DNA of 64,000 nt from Octopus sinensis (Eukaryota), in the NCBI RefSeq assembly GCF_006345805.1, contig NC_043006.1, forward strand, positions 50,592,001 through 50,656,000, in the 5' to 3' direction. The position numbers were made by a program, and so were the translations under genes. The notes beneath the pieces are model-generated. The model was not told the origin of the DNA. It did not search any database and worked only from the letters and a program-made list of their open reading frames with translations. Below are positions 40,386 through 54,825 of this stretch, piece by piece. Each line of letters starts with the position of its first letter. Position 1 is the stretch's first letter.

Positions 40386-41305
40386 ATTATTACATTATAT
40401 AAAAGGGCTTAGTAAAATAAATTACTTCGCCGCATACTGAACTCATTAGAAATAGCAGCTAAAAAAACTTTTTTAAAACTATTTCTAATACTTAAAGAAA
40501 ACCTCTCTCATATAGTGTTTGCTCAATTCAACTCACGAAAGTATGGGTGTAGAGACATTAAAAAATCAAATGCAAAGGTTATTTGAGAACGTACGTTTCA
40601 AGATTAGTCAAACTCGACATTTCTATCATCAGCTCAGAACTCCCTGGTTTGGATTTGAAAACACTGAAAGTGGGAGCATACCCTTTCGGCTTCTTATCGC
40701 TTCTGAAGATCTGCTCGAAACTAACAGTGCCAACAAACTCAAAAATGCAAGCGAAGAATTTCTGCTCTCCCCTTTCCACCAGCGTGGGTTAAAATCAGCA
40801 AACACTATGCTTTTTTCGGTAAAATCCGAGGCATTATAGAGAGAGATGAATTATAATTTCAACAATTCAGGGTAAAATTAATTAATTAATCAATTTCACC
40901 AAGTATTCAGTATGCAAAGGGACCAATTAAGGCGAATTCAAATTATTACATTATATAAAAGGGCTTAGTAAAATAAATTACTTTGCCGCATACTGAACTC
41001 ATTAAAATAGCAGCTAAAAAAACTTTTTTAAAACTATTTCTAATACTTAAAGAAAACCTCTCTCATATAGTGTTTGCTCAATTCAACTCACGAAAGTATG
41101 GGGGTAGAGACATTAAAAAATCAAATGCAAAGGTTATTTTTTTAGCTGCTATTTCTAATGAGTTCAGTATGCGGCAAAGTAATTTATTTTACTAAGCCCT
41201 TTTATATAATGTAATAATTTGAATTCGCCTTAATTGGTCCCTTTGCATACTGAATACTTGGTGAAATTGATTAATTAATTAATTTTACCCTCAATTGTTG
41301 AAATT
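40381..41305 (-). mobile_element. HHR-bearing 556 bp tandem unit (about 1.35 copies) plus an inverted 5' segment
   Basis: TTATATAAAAGGGCTTAGT at 40395 and 40951; about 41125-41305 inverted. Confidence 0.75.
40584..40636 (-). ncRNA. Type I hammerhead motif, paralogue of 34884
   Basis: TGAG-CTGATGA-tAGAaatGTC(gagttt)GACtaaTCTt-GAAA-CGTACG-TT-CTCA. Confidence 0.7.
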
Positions 41306-41414
41306 ATATATATATACATATATATACATACATATATGTATATATACATATATACATATACATATGTACATATATATATATATATGTATATACATATGTA
41401 CATATGTATACATA

Positions 41415-41480
<66 letters not shown>

Positions 41481-41850
41481 CATATATATATATATATGTA
41501 TACATATATATATATACATACATATATATACATGCATACATATATATATACATATATATACTTTATTTTAAGCAGCAGAAAATTCAACAAAATCTGTTAC
41601 TCTGAGTTTCTCGTTGCCGTTCATCATACGGTTTTTGCTAGAATGGAACCGATATATCAATTCAATCTATACTCTTACAAACGCTACACCTTTAAAAAGA
41701 AATGGACTTGTTTGATTGGCCCTTTAGAAAAAACGGTCAATCTTCGAGCGATAAACAAAAAAGTCAAAAATATACGTATATATATATAAAAAAACTTATA
41801 AAAATTATAAAATCCGAGGAAAAAAATATGTATATATATATATATAATAT

Positions 41851-41946
<96 letters not shown>

Positions 41947-41981
41947 ATGTATTATATATATATATATTATATGTATATATA

Positions 41982-42013
<32 letters not shown>

Positions 42014-42062
42014 ATATGTAATATATATATAATATATATATATTATGTATATGTATATATAT

Positions 42063-42094
<32 letters not shown>

Positions 42095-42173
42095 GTATAT
42101 ATGTATATGTATATATATGTATATATGTATATGTTATATATGTATATATGTATATGTATATATATGTTATATG

Positions 42174-42209
<36 letters not shown>

Positions 42210-42274
42210 TATATGTTATATATATATATGTATATATATATATGTATATATATATATATGTATATATATATATG

Positions 42275-42325
<51 letters not shown>

Positions 42326-42326
42326 G

Positions 42327-42374
<48 letters not shown>

Positions 42375-42375
42375 G

Positions 42376-42423
<48 letters not shown>

Positions 42424-42448
42424 GTATATGTATATATATATATATGTA

Positions 42449-42489
<41 letters not shown>

Positions 42490-42543
42490 TATATAATATA
42501 TTATATATATATATATATAATGTATATATATATATATATGTAT

Positions 42544-42642
<99 letters not shown>

Positions 42643-42655
42643 GTATATATATATG

Positions 42656-42696
<41 letters not shown>

Positions 42697-42720
42697 GATA
42701 TATATATATATATATATACG
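41305..42720. repeat. TA-rich microsatellite tracts flanking an unclassified insert at about 41560-41825
   Basis: Direct reading. Confidence 0.85.
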
Positions 42721-43130
42721 ACATATTTCTTTCTGTTTCTATTTACCAAATCCACTCACAAGGCTTTGTTCAACCCGAGGCTATAGTAAAATACATTTGC
42801 CCAAGGTGCCACTCAGTGGGACTGAACAAGGAACCATGTGGTTGGTAAGCAAGTTACCTACCCCACAGCCACTATATATATATATGTATGCGTGTGTGTG
42901 TGTGTGTGAAGGCGGTGAGCTGGCAGAATCGTTAACAAGCCGGACTAAATTCCGGCCAAATGTGGCATTTCATCCTTCTTTAGGCTCTCGGTTCAAATTC
43001 CGCCGTGGTCCACTTTGCTGTTCAGTACACTCGTGGTCGATAGAATAAGTACCAGTCGAATACTGAGTTCGATGTTATCGACTTCCACGTTCCCCGAACT
43101 TGCTAGCCTTGTACCAAAATTTGAAACCAT
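42720..43130. mobile_element. Family B SINE head (minus, about 42720-42875) and family A SINE (plus, about 42910-43130)
   Basis: Homology to the other copies. Confidence 0.85.
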
Positions 43131-43469
43131 ATGTGTGTGTGTGTATGTACATACATGTGTGTGTGTATGTGTATGTATGTATGTATGTATGTATGTATGT
43201 ATGTATGTATGTATAGACATAGGCACACACACACACACACACGCACACACACATATATCATTTATGTACAAATGTACAAAGTAGCTAATTTACAAATGTA
43301 TGGAAATAAATGTAAGGGTAAATATATCATTATTGGAATAAGGAAAATCAACAGATTATCAATAAGATTAATTAATATACAATAGAATAATTTAATATAT
43401 GATGCACTTCAAATTACATTGCTCTAAATAAAGTAAATATACGGGAGCAAGCAAATTAAATTTAAAGAT

Positions 43470-45260
43470 GAAACAATAAGAACGGAGGCATCAGAATGTC
43501 CCCATTTATTAAATCTATTAATGCGATAAATAGGAACGGGGGCAATGTCACATTTTAAAATTTATTCAGGAGGTAGGAAATAAGAACGAGAAAGTCAAGT
43601 TTATCAAATTTATTGAAGAGATACTAATGAAGGTTGAGAATGTTCCATTCATTTTATTTATCGATGTTATAAAAAAGAATGTGGTAATGTCTCGTTTCTA
43701 AATTTATTCAGGAGATACGAAGGAAGAGAGAGAAACTCATGTTTACTGAATTTATTAACGAGATACTAAAGAAAGTTGAGAATGTCACATTTAATAAATG
43801 GGTCATTCTTATGTTTCCGGTCTTTTTGTTTCATCAGTAAATTTAATAGACGCAGGCATGACTCTGAGGTTAAGGAAATCAGTTTGAAATCACATGGCTT
43901 CAGCTTTAGTCCCACAGTGTGGCATCTTGAGCAAGTGTCTTCTATTCTGGAGCCGATCAGTGCCTTGTCCGTAAATTTGGTAGACGGAAGCTGTGAGGGA
44001 GCCTGTCATATATACATATGTGTGTGCGTGTGTGTGTGTGTATCACGCCCACTATTTCATGTAATAAAAAGGAATGTAATAATCCCTCATTTCTTAAATC
44101 TATTTACGAGACACTAAAGAAGGTTGAGAACGCCTATAGTTATTAAATTTTTTGATGTGATAAAATAAGTGTAAAAAAAACGGTTCAGCTAGTAAATCTA
44201 TTCATAACCAAATAAGGAAATAATTATAAGGACACCGAGTAATTTAATATATTAATGTGTTTTGTCAAATTTATTGATGTGACAATAAGAAACTTTGAGA
44301 ACGTTCCATTTATCAAATTTATTGATGCGACCATAAGGAAATATGTGTGAGAATGTCTCATTTAGTAAACATATTAGATTCACATTTTGGCTCAAGGCCA
44401 CCAATTCTGAGGAAGTGGGTATGTCGATCACACTGACTCCATTGTTATTATTGTTTATTTGCCATTTGCAACCCTTAACCATTACTTTTCACCATATAAT
44501 ACAAATATTGGTTTCAAATTTTGGCACAAGGCCAGCAATTTCCGGGAAGTGGATCAATCGATGTTATCGACCACAGTACTCTACTGGTACTTATTTACTT
44601 ATTCTATCGATTGCGAAAGGATGAAATTGAACTCAAAACGTAAAGGCGGGCCAAAATGCCACTAAATATTTTTCCCAGCGTGCTAACAATTTTGCTAGCT
44701 CGTTGCCTTGTTTATTAAAAATATTGATGTCGTGATAACGGCAGGTGGTTTGTCCCAATTTTTAAAAAAATATATAGTTTGGAGAAGAAGGAATTGATGA
44801 GAGGACAAAAGAAGGTTGAGAATACGCCGTTTATTACATTTCTTTGAGACAATAAAACAGGATGAATAAGAGTGTCTCATAATTTTAATTTCTTGATGAG
44901 TTAGATAGGAAGGCAGGAAGGAAGGAAAGAAGGGAGGAAGGGGGAATCTGTTAAGTAAATTGATGAGACACTAAAAAAGGTTGAGAACATACCATTTATT
45001 ACAATTATTTGAGAGAACAAGGAAGCACGGAGAAGAATATTTTATTTGTTAAATCTATTCATGAGTCAATAAGGAAGTTTGAGAATGTCTCATTTATTAA
45101 ATTTAATATTAAGATATTAATTAAGAAAGTGTGAGGATGTCCCATTTATTAAATTTATCGATGATGCTCTAAAAATGAAAGGTTGAGATTGTCCCATTTA
45201 TTAGATTTTATTGATGAAACAATAAGAGACGATCAAAATTTTTTGTTTATTAAATACATT
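43470..45260. repeat. Degenerate satellite of about 45 bp, interrupted by SINE pieces (about 43850-44010 and 44505-44710)
   Basis: Recurring AAGAAGGTTGAGAATGTCCCATTTATTAAATTTATTGATGAGAC-like unit, roughly 20 or more copies. Confidence 0.8.
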
Positions 45261-46172
45261 GGTGGGCCAGTCGATTAAGAGAAACAGAAAGGAAAAAAAT
45301 ATATAATCTTATCTATTTATTAATGTGTATTATTGCTTTTGTTGGTCTTACCCTTTTTGCTCAATGTATGTCTTCCACTTATTGTTGATTTTACTTGTAG
45401 TTTGTGTTTGTATTGTATCTCTCTTTTCTCAATTATTTTTTGTAATTTCTCTAAAAAATAAGTGACTTTTTCCATGCTTCTTCATTCGATTTAGCTCAAG
45501 TAAAATATGAGTGTTTTGTTAAGTTGTTTAATTTATTTTCGTTCAAACTGGGCGTAAAACAAACATTTTTGAAGAGTATTTCTGCTTTCTTTTTTCAATG
45601 TTCCTCTCCTTTTTATGTTAGTTGACATTCAACACAAAATATCAGAGATAAATGACGCTCAAAATAAAGATTTGACAACAGAACAGCTTGTACAAAAATA
45701 ATTAAAAAATGTTCAAAAATATTGAAGACGAAAACATTAATTGTTTAAAGCGAAAAATATAATGTTTCTCTAATTTTTAATGCATATGAGAACTATTTTG
45801 ATGACGACCACACCAATACAACTTCGCATTAGAAGCTTAGCAAATACCGCGTTCAGTAAGGATATTTTAGATCGACACAAAGCCCCGTCAAAGAAAAATA
45901 TATTGCTTGACTGAATCTTATCCATTAAGTGCGGCAGATTGTACGGTATTGTTTGATTACTTTTTAGAACTGAGGTGAGGCAGAACATATGGTATTGTCT
46001 GTTATTTATCCGAAATTGAGATTGAGACAAAAGAGCAAGCAGGAATAGTAACATACATCGCCAATTAACGGCTAATATCACAGTACATGGGCAAACGCAA
46101 TACAGGAGCGACTGCTAGTGGCAAACAGCAACATTAATCCCACGTTCGTTGTCATTTATTCCGCAACATGGA

Positions 46173-46565
46173 CAGGCGCAGGAGTGGCTGTGTGGTAAGT
46201 AGTTTGCTTACCAACCATATGGTTCCGGGTTCAGTCCCACTACGTGGCACCTTGGGCAAGTGTCTTCTACTATAGCCTCGGACCGACCAAAGCCTTGTGA
46301 GTGGATTTGGTTGACGGAAACTGAAAGAAGCCTGTCGTTTGTATGTATATGTATATATGTATGTGTTTGTGTGTCTGTGTTTGCCCCCCCCCCCCATATC
46401 GCTTGACAACCGATGCTGGTGTGTGTACGTCCCCGTAAATTAGCGGTTCGGCAAAAGAGACCGATATAATAAGTACTAGGCTTTTAAAGAATAAGTCCTG
46501 GTGTCGATTTGCTCGACTAAAAAGCGGTGCTCCAGCATGGCCACAGTCAAATACTGAAACAAGAA
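46173..46565 (+). mobile_element. Full-length family B SINE
   Basis: Homologous to 23358-23778. Confidence 0.95.
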
Positions 46566-46949
46566 ATGATAAGTGGTCGGATAGAATCTAGCAGCCATGG
46601 ATTTGCAAGTCTATTTATTTCCATTAAGACAAAAAAAAAACATGCCAAAATTGTTTCCTGCTGTGAAAGCAATGAGAGTAAGCGATTTCTGCCGCCAGGA
46701 ACTTAAGAAGGCAAAGGAAGAGAGCAATGAACAACAACAGAGCCAATGACAACAGTAGCAGGTCCTGGGATCAATCTTAATAGCTTCGCCATCGAAGATC
46801 AGGAAGTGCCTTCTTTCTCATTTCCAGAAGCAAGCAATGCTGAATGCCACTAGCACCATCTTTTTTTTTTATCCCAACCACCTGTAACGATAGGGAATGG
46901 AAGAAAGCTTGAGAATGTTGACAGATCTTTACTGTAAAAAGAAAAAAAA

Positions 46950-49010
46950 GAGAAAACAGTGAATGAAACAAAGTGAACGAGAGAAACCAAACGGTACATA
47001 GAACACATAAAGCATGGAAAAGGCCCAATCCCACAGGGTGGAATTGGAGTCGCATTGCGACCGTGATAGGGAACAGCAACTCGCTCAGATAAAAGCTGAA
47101 CTTCTATAAAATCAATAAAGATGAAGATATGTTGTATGAAGATTGACAGGTAGAACCAAGGCATAAAAGACAGAGAAAATAGGCTTTTCATGAAGACTGT
47201 ATTAATAATTTTCCATAGTACTATACAGAATCCATTAGGATTATTTCTTTAGATAAGCCAACGAAAATCTTTTCCACGTGCGCTTTTATGTACAACAAGT
47301 TATAACATGAGCAGTGTCAAAAAGATAGATATGTGTAAGATGTCCATCTCTGACATGTTGCATTGAACTTAACATTTCTGTGCACAACAAACGAAGAGTT
47401 GGCGAAAGACTTAACAAATCTACAAGACTATTTCGGGGCAAATTCACATCCAAAAAGGACTTGATGTGCAGCATCATATAGTAAAAGTAAATATTGATAA
47501 ATTTTTTTCTTCTCCCTTTCTTTCTATATAACGTTTTTTTCTTTTTTCCTCATATGTTTGGTAGCCCATGTTTTAACATTTCTCTATATGTAGTCTCGGG
47601 TTTTTAGAGTTTCTGAATTATTTTGTTGTTGCTGTTGTTGTGTTTGAGATGGTCAAACACACTTTTGTTTTGTTCTCTTATACCTTGAGTTTTTATCAAG
47701 TGAAACTACGTGGGAAAACATATTTTAGTGTGGCATTTCATAATAGGGAGGGGAGAAGCCAAACGGTACACAGAACACATAAAGCACGGGAAAGGCCCAA
47801 ACCCAAAGGATTTTTGGTTTGCATTAAATTCTTCTCTGCTTTGTAGAAAATTACTTAAATTTGAAAAAGAAAATATTTCTGCTTTAATAGTCGTAAATAA
47901 AGACATATCGAAGCATTTAAATCACATCCACCATGGGAAAATTCTTGAAAGAAGGGGACAACTTTTTAACAGTAGAAAAAGAAAGAGAAAACAAATTCAA
48001 TTTGTAAGCAGAATAAATTCATTTTCCCGACAAGAAAAAATCTATATAACGAATTTCTAATAGAAAACAAGACAAATAACAATAACACCAATAAGTATAA
48101 TAAACACAAGCGCGTTTCATCAAGTGAAGGAAAGAATGACGAGTTTTGAAAAGAGAAACAGGGAAAACATTTCCATCCCCCATTCTTTCACTGTTGTTTT
48201 AAACAGACGGACACTAAACAGAAAATCTGTGATCGAGAATAGTTTGTCTAGCATTTCGAAAACGCAAGAGGTCTTTTTTTCCCTTAAGGAACAATTGCAG
48301 GCAGCCCTGATCAAGTGGAACAACTTCTTATTTGTAAGAAGAGGAAAATTCAGAGGTATTGTGTGCGTAGTATTCAAGATGATAGAGGAAGAGGGGAAGG
48401 AGTTGATCTTGACTACCACATACCACCTAAAAAGGCACACACTACAATGTTGGGAATGGCGCCACACAAAAGACATAATAAAGAATATTGGTTGCAACTT
48501 TAAACCTCTGCTCACACTCAATTTTTCGCAAGTGTAAGTAGGTGATACTTGAATGGGGTATATGTGGATATGCAAACCCTACTTAAAGAATTTCTACCTT
48601 GAATAAGTCAAAGAACACAGAACGGGACAGCAGCGAAACTAGCAACACAAGAAGAGCGTCCTTGAGCCCGCTGTTCCCACAGAGCCACCATCGAAAACTG
48701 CAAATATCAGAGATCGCCTCACCCACTGTCTTAAAAGTTCTAAAAGCTGAAACCAACTTTCTGATCCTACTTGCTACAACATCGATTCGTGAGGATGGGT
48801 TGTTGTATGACACCCTTCTCTAATGAATTTGTCAAAAGATGGATGACTATGGCGAAAATAGTTGCAATGTTCTAAGGTATGCTCCACAGTTAATTTCAAT
48901 AGAGCGATCTTGGACTTGTGAGATTCTCTGATTAGGCCTGGTGGAAACACCTCCTTTATCAAGAAAGTTGTACCGTTGATATTTTCATATATATGTATAT
49001 CTACGTAGTC
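46950..49010. other. Old retroelement-like coding debris with an internal duplication
   Basis: About 46980-47025 matches about 47750-47800 (KRYxEHIKHGKGP); the minus-strand TVEHTLEHCNYF at about 48870-48900 resembles a LINE C-terminal zinc knuckle. Confidence 0.3.
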
Positions 49011-50344
49011 TTTGTCTCTCATTATTCTTTTCTTTCTACATTATTTTAAACCCCTCTCGTCTTTAGCATGCTCCCTTCATGTATCACGACTGTGGAAAAT
49101 ATGAACGAAGAGAAGGTACCACTGAGCTAATAAGTGTGATTTATACGTTTTACACAAGCGAGAAATTGTCTCTACAATAAACTGCAGTGAACATAGTATG
49201 GTGGAATGGTTATGACTAGAATGCATTTGATCGCAATTTTGTAGATGGGGAGAAGGCTAACAACAACATCAACGCCATTACAAGCTTAACGATGGAACCT
49301 TTAAATTGGTCTCTCAATCAGCTAGAAATGCCAGCTAAATTTTCTTTTGATCAGATACCACTGTCTATTAAAAAGAAATAGCACATTACATAAGGTAGTC
49401 CTTGATGCACTGTGCTTGCGGGAAAATTGGTATTTAATCATAGTTCTGCTGCATTGGGGATTACTGGGCTAAACAGTCATCACTGTTACCGCTGTTACTG
49501 CTGCTGCTGCTACCGCTGCTGTTGCAAGTACCACCACTACCTGTACCACCACTACTGCTGCTGCTGTTGCTGCTGTTTCACTGACACAAGCGCTCCAACT
49601 GTAATCGGTGTTCTTGTTTAGCTTCGGGTAAGCCTTGGTAGAATAGATTTATGATAAAAGATGCTCCTACCATGACCATTCCGTCTCTGTATAACATTGT
49701 GCAATGTAACGTATACTTCCTTGATATTAAAATACTGCGGTGTGATTTCGGAGAGCCTGGTTACTATTTCTTGCAGATGGAGCGGTTGAGGCACTCATAC
49801 CGGCGATTCACCTGTTCTATTAATTAGTATGGTATGCGTACCTGTGTGTATTTACATAAGCTTGTATGCATATGTGCGTAGTTACGTTTTTGTATGTGGG
49901 TGTATAAATATGTGGGTGTATAAATATGTGTGTGTATGTATGCTACGTTGCGTTACATCGTAAAGGGGGACAACTGTTAACTTCTCGGTCGTCAAACATA
50001 AGATGTCTGATCAAAAAGTCGTACGGTTTTACAAGTGATGTACGTAAGTCAAATGCACACAGATAAACGCGAACACATTCGTACACAAACACATATATAC
50101 GTACAGAAGTATACGCATATGTGTGTGAGTGTGTGCGACTGGGTGTATGCATGTGTTACACCATTAATGTAATCAAAGAATTCACGCATATCAACAACCG
50201 CACGCGCACATACAGACACATACACAGAGTGAACAGAGAAACTGTAACGTGTATTTGTGTGTGTCTATGTGTGTGCGTGTCTGTGTACGTGTGTATGTGT
50301 GTATATATATATGTGTGTGTGTGTGTATTCTTTTATATATATAT

Positions 50345-50738
50345 ATTATTTTACTCTTTTACTTGTTTCTGTCATTTGACTGTGGCCATGCTGGAGTACC
50401 GCCTTTAGTCGAGCAAATCGACCCCAGGACTTATTCCTTGGAAGCCTAGTACTTATTCTATCGGTGTCTTTTGCCGAATAACTAAGTTACGGAGACGTAA
50501 ACAAAGCGATGTTGGAGGGACAAACACAGACACACAAACATATACACACACATACATGCATATATACATATATACGACGGGCTTCTTTCAGTTTCCGTCT
50601 ACCAAATCCACTCAAAAAGTTTTGGTCGGCACGAGGCTACAGTAGAAGATACTTGCTCAAGGTGCCACGCAGTGGGACTGAACTCGGAACCATGTGGCTG
50701 GTAAGCAAGCTACTTACCACACGGCCACTCCTACGCCT
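50345..50738 (-). mobile_element. Full-length family B SINE, followed by an older head fragment to about 50900
   Basis: Homologous to 23358-23778. Confidence 0.9.
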
Positions 50739-51099
50739 GTAATATATATGTATGGACAACGCAATTTCCGCCCATCAAATCTAGTTATAAGGTTTTGGTC
50801 GGCCAGAAGCTATAGTAGAAGAAGCTTTGATCAACCCAGGACTAATGTAGACTGAACCCGACATCATGTGGTTTGGCAGCAACACAACTTTGCCTGCACT
50901 TACGAAAAAAAAATAGTAATAAACTTTTGCTCAACACCATTAAATGACAGCAATTTCAGGTTTTGCAGGAAATAGTCATACCTACAAATCAAAAGATTGT
51001 TGCAGTTCAGGAGGGAAGAGTTGACTATGCTACAGAGTTTTTAAATTCAATGAAATCTGTTCTATTGTCAAATAGACTTCAGCTAAACATGATCGCCAA

Positions 51100-51400
51100 T
51101 AGTGCTTCAGTGTAATTCAGATCAGCCGCACTTAGGCAAAGCACAGGACTAATAATTGATACCCTCTTGGCACATGCCAACGTGAATACTATTCTCAATG
51201 GGTGCCCTAAAATACAGAATGCAGTTATTTTCTGAATTCCACCTATACAATCAAAAACACTAATCTTTGCCGTGTCAATCAATAAATCCCAAGAGCATAC
51301 AATGAAAGTTGCTGGGCTGCATCTTAAAGAATGTTCTTTTGCTAACGGTCAATATTATATCGAATGCTAATGAGTTGAAAGTTTGCAAAATTCTTGGTAT
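51100..51400 (+). mobile_element. Helitron PIF1-helicase C-terminal remnant
   Basis: IFAVSINKSQEHTMKVAGLHLKECSFANGQYYIEC matches the FAxTINKSQGQT...CFSHGQLYVA motif. Confidence 0.7.
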
Positions 51401-51824
51401 TTAGGCAACTACTGGGAAACCGATTAGCTTATATGTCCCGAGGTGTTGATTCTGCTAAGGCTATGAAGGGTACAGAGTAAACATCAATAAGCTAGAGTTA
51501 ATCGTAACTATTGGGTTGTCCGGAAAGTTCTTTTCTAGTTTATGTTGTCCACGTTCAGAGACTTGGACTGGATCTGTCCAAATCTTTTCCCCACTATAAA
51601 AAATTATCATACACAGGCATCGCTTCAGAAAAAAGTAAGACCTATCATAAAATTGGCTGGTCGTAGCCTTCGCATGTGTGGGACTTTCAATGAAGCGATG
51701 GCAATGCTCGAACACTAGTTTGCAGCCATCATGTATGTATGTATGTATGTATGTATGTATGTATGTATGTATGTATGTATGTATGTATGTATGTATGTAT
51801 GTATGTATGTATGTATGTATGTTA

Positions 51825-52420
51825 TGTCAGGTCACTTTCTAGTGCTACTGGTAAAAAGGTAACCCAGTACAACCTGTTGCATGGTGAGGAGAGTATTTAT
51901 TGGACACCCTGCGGGATGAAAAACAAAACCCGTCAAAGGGCGGAGGAACTCTTGAGAGTCAACGGCCGTCCAATAATTGTCTTAAAGCTGTATCATGCGC
52001 GGGGACATAGAAATAATCGGACTGAATACCCGATCGCGTTGTTAAACCATTGGGAGTGAAGGACTCCTAGCCTTTGTTAGGGCATCCTAGGAGAAGGTAA
52101 CTCAGGTAACTGGGATAACTCCGACATAAAAACTGCGGCTCAGTGGTTACCGATGATGTTGACTTGTTCTTCTTTTCAGATTATGACTGCTGTTGCTTAG
52201 TGAGTGGGATTGACTCAGTGCACAGCCTTTCCTCACTTTAAAAAGAATCTTCTTGCACAGGTATTGCACGATAACAACATTGATTAAGCTTCGTGCAATG
52301 GGCATACTCGATAACGAGGGGGCAGCCACCATGTATGTATGTATGTATGTATGTATGTATGTATGTATGTATGTATGTATGCATGTATGTATGTATGTAT
52401 GTATGTATGTATGTATGCAT
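51825..52420 (+). mobile_element. Short non-coding retroelement with an (ATGT)n tail, possibly a bipartite LINE derivative
   Basis: Ends GCAGCCACC(ATGT)n and is preceded by a similar terminus GCAGCCATC(ATGT)n at 51722-51822. Confidence 0.4.
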
Positions 52421-54215
52421 TTATATGCACATGTATATATGTATTTGTATGCATGTACACACATATTTCAATATAAATGGTATATATGACTTTCACCTAG
52501 ATTTTTCTTATTTGTATCTTAAACGAAATGTCTTGCTTCGTAAAATAATATTTAATAAATCATAGGTTATATCATGCTGACGATTTGTAATAAGAATTAA
52601 ATATTGCTATTCATGATTACCAATGAAGAGAAATTGTAAGGACTTCATATTATGTAAAGAAAATTTAAAACGTGAATTGTATGCATCTTTTTCTCTTTTT
52701 TTTCCAATCCCACTGATATGAAAAAATGATTAGCTCCTTTGTAATAGCTGCCATCATCAGCTACTATTTATATTTTATTGACAATCTCAGAACGATAATT
52801 CAAATATGCCAATAATACAAATTTTGATAGATTTTTTAAGGGGTGATCTGGCTATTGAGGAACGAAAGATAATCACTAATTACTATCATTCTTTGATGAA
52901 AAAGACAAAGAAAACCAATTGCAATTTTTAAGAATACTCACAAAAAGAAAGAAAAAGAAAAAAGAGGCGATAATCTTTCATAGTTAATTTACGAAAATAC
53001 CTGATATTTGTTTGCAAGTTAGGGACGATTATGGGCAAACTTTGGTCTACTAAATTTCATCTACTTTTTAGAGGTTAGTCAAACATATATAAAAAGTGGT
53101 TAATGACTTTTACGTATATAAAAGGAGTTAGTTATAATTTATGGTAATTAGAATTCGAATAAACTTATAACAAATTATGCTAGGAGGAATATCTCAGATG
53201 ATAAGGTGACAAAAAGTTATTTTTTAAAAAAGCCTTGTAGCGACACACAGTACCGCATGTAAAAATTTATTAATTAAAACTTTTTCCCAGTTGGAGGGAA
53301 AAAACAGCTCTAGCAGCAACTGTTAAGAACTCTCAAAGGAAAGACGGATTATTTTCAAGTGGTGAAGAACAATTCTCCATAACTGTGCCTTCTTGTGAAC
53401 AATGATCAGCCAATCCCCGAAGCATCTGAATTAACTAGATTTGAGAGTAACTCCTAATTTCTTAGCGATTCTCTGTGAATTGCCGAAAATAATTTGCTTT
53501 ATTCCTCCAGCTAAGACGGAAAATTTCAATTAGTTTAGGATGTCTTTGAATACTACATACAATATAGAACCTGTTAATTTACATTTGATTTTATTATTTC
53601 TTTAAAAATTAATTCGATACAGGTTTTTCGAGCTCTCTGCTAGTATGCTTTACATGGAAAACAGCACCGCCATTACATTTGAGAGATACTAATTTTCATT
53701 ATCAGAATAAAACTTATTTTTGTAAGTTGATTCTAAAATTGCTTTTTAATGTTAACCTCGTTTGCCAGAGCTCATTTTGTAAAGTTCTTTGACAACTAAA
53801 AATAAGAAATAAAAAAAAATCTTTGGAAATTTCTCGATAGATTCCTTTTCTTATTCGTTTTTCTGCTTTTTTTAAAAATTAATTTCTGATATCAGTCGCA
53901 ATATCTTACGGTTTTATATATAAGAAGTTTTTTTTTTTTTCCTGATAAGTCTTACTTTTCCTTACCCGCTCATGATGCCAATACATCATTTAATTTTGTT
54001 ATGTAATTGAAAAACAAGTTTGTGTCCGATGTACATACACACACACACATATACATATATATATGTATTTAATATACATATATATTTATCTTAATATGTA
54101 TAACAAGATTATATTTCCTAGTGACTTTTCGTTCTCACTATTATTCTATTTTCTCATATTACTATTATTTCATCATAGAATGACTTATTATTATACATAA
54201 TATTATTATTATACA

Positions 54216-54273
<58 letters not shown>

Positions 54274-54591
54274 AATATTATTATTATTATTATACATGTT
54301 ATTGTTCTAAACATGAATTCATTTCCTCTTTTATGGAAACCTCTCCTGCTCGAAATATATTTTTTTCGTTAAATCTGCGTAATATTTATTTCCATTATCA
54401 TATATTTCTGAAGTGGCACGTTCGTTAAGATGTTAGAGAGCGTTCAAAATATCTGCTGTTATTTCTTCCTAATCTTTAAGCTCTGTGTTCAAATTTCGAA
54501 GGAGTCAATTTTGCCTTTCGAAACTATGGCGTCGATAAAGTGAAATACGACTAAACACCCCACTTAAATTAGAAACCATTCTTACAATAAG

Positions 54592-54825
54592 GCGGAGAGC
54601 TGGCAGAAACGTTAGCACGCCGGGCGAAATGCTCAGCGGTATTTCGTCTGTCGCTACGTTCTGAGTTCAAATTCCGCCGAAGTCGACTTTGCCTTTCATC
54701 CTTTCGGGGTCGATTAAATAAGTACCAGTTACACATTGAGGTCGATATAATCGACTTAATCCCTTTGTCTGTCCTGGTTTGTCCTCTCTACGTTTAGCCC
54801 CTTGTGGTCAATAAAAAAAAGAAAC
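54592..54825 (+). mobile_element. Young family A SINE, with an older copy at about 54420-54560
   Basis: Intact head GGCGGAGAGCTGGCAGAAACGTTAGC and B-box GAGTTCAAATTCC. Confidence 0.95.

Noticed and set aside
40698-40725. CTGAAGA...GAAAC second hammerhead in the 556 bp unit
   Set aside because: No stem II, no valid stem III or cleavage triplet, and the paralogue at about 34810-34835 lacks the motif.
43470-45260. CRISPR-like periodic array
   Set aside because: The repeats are degenerate, the linkers are related to each other, no cas genes are present and the context is eukaryotic.
51700-51719. Helitron 3' CTAG terminus for the helicase remnant
   Set aside because: The segment aligns equally well with the retroelement 3' end at about 52300-52330, so it is ambiguous.
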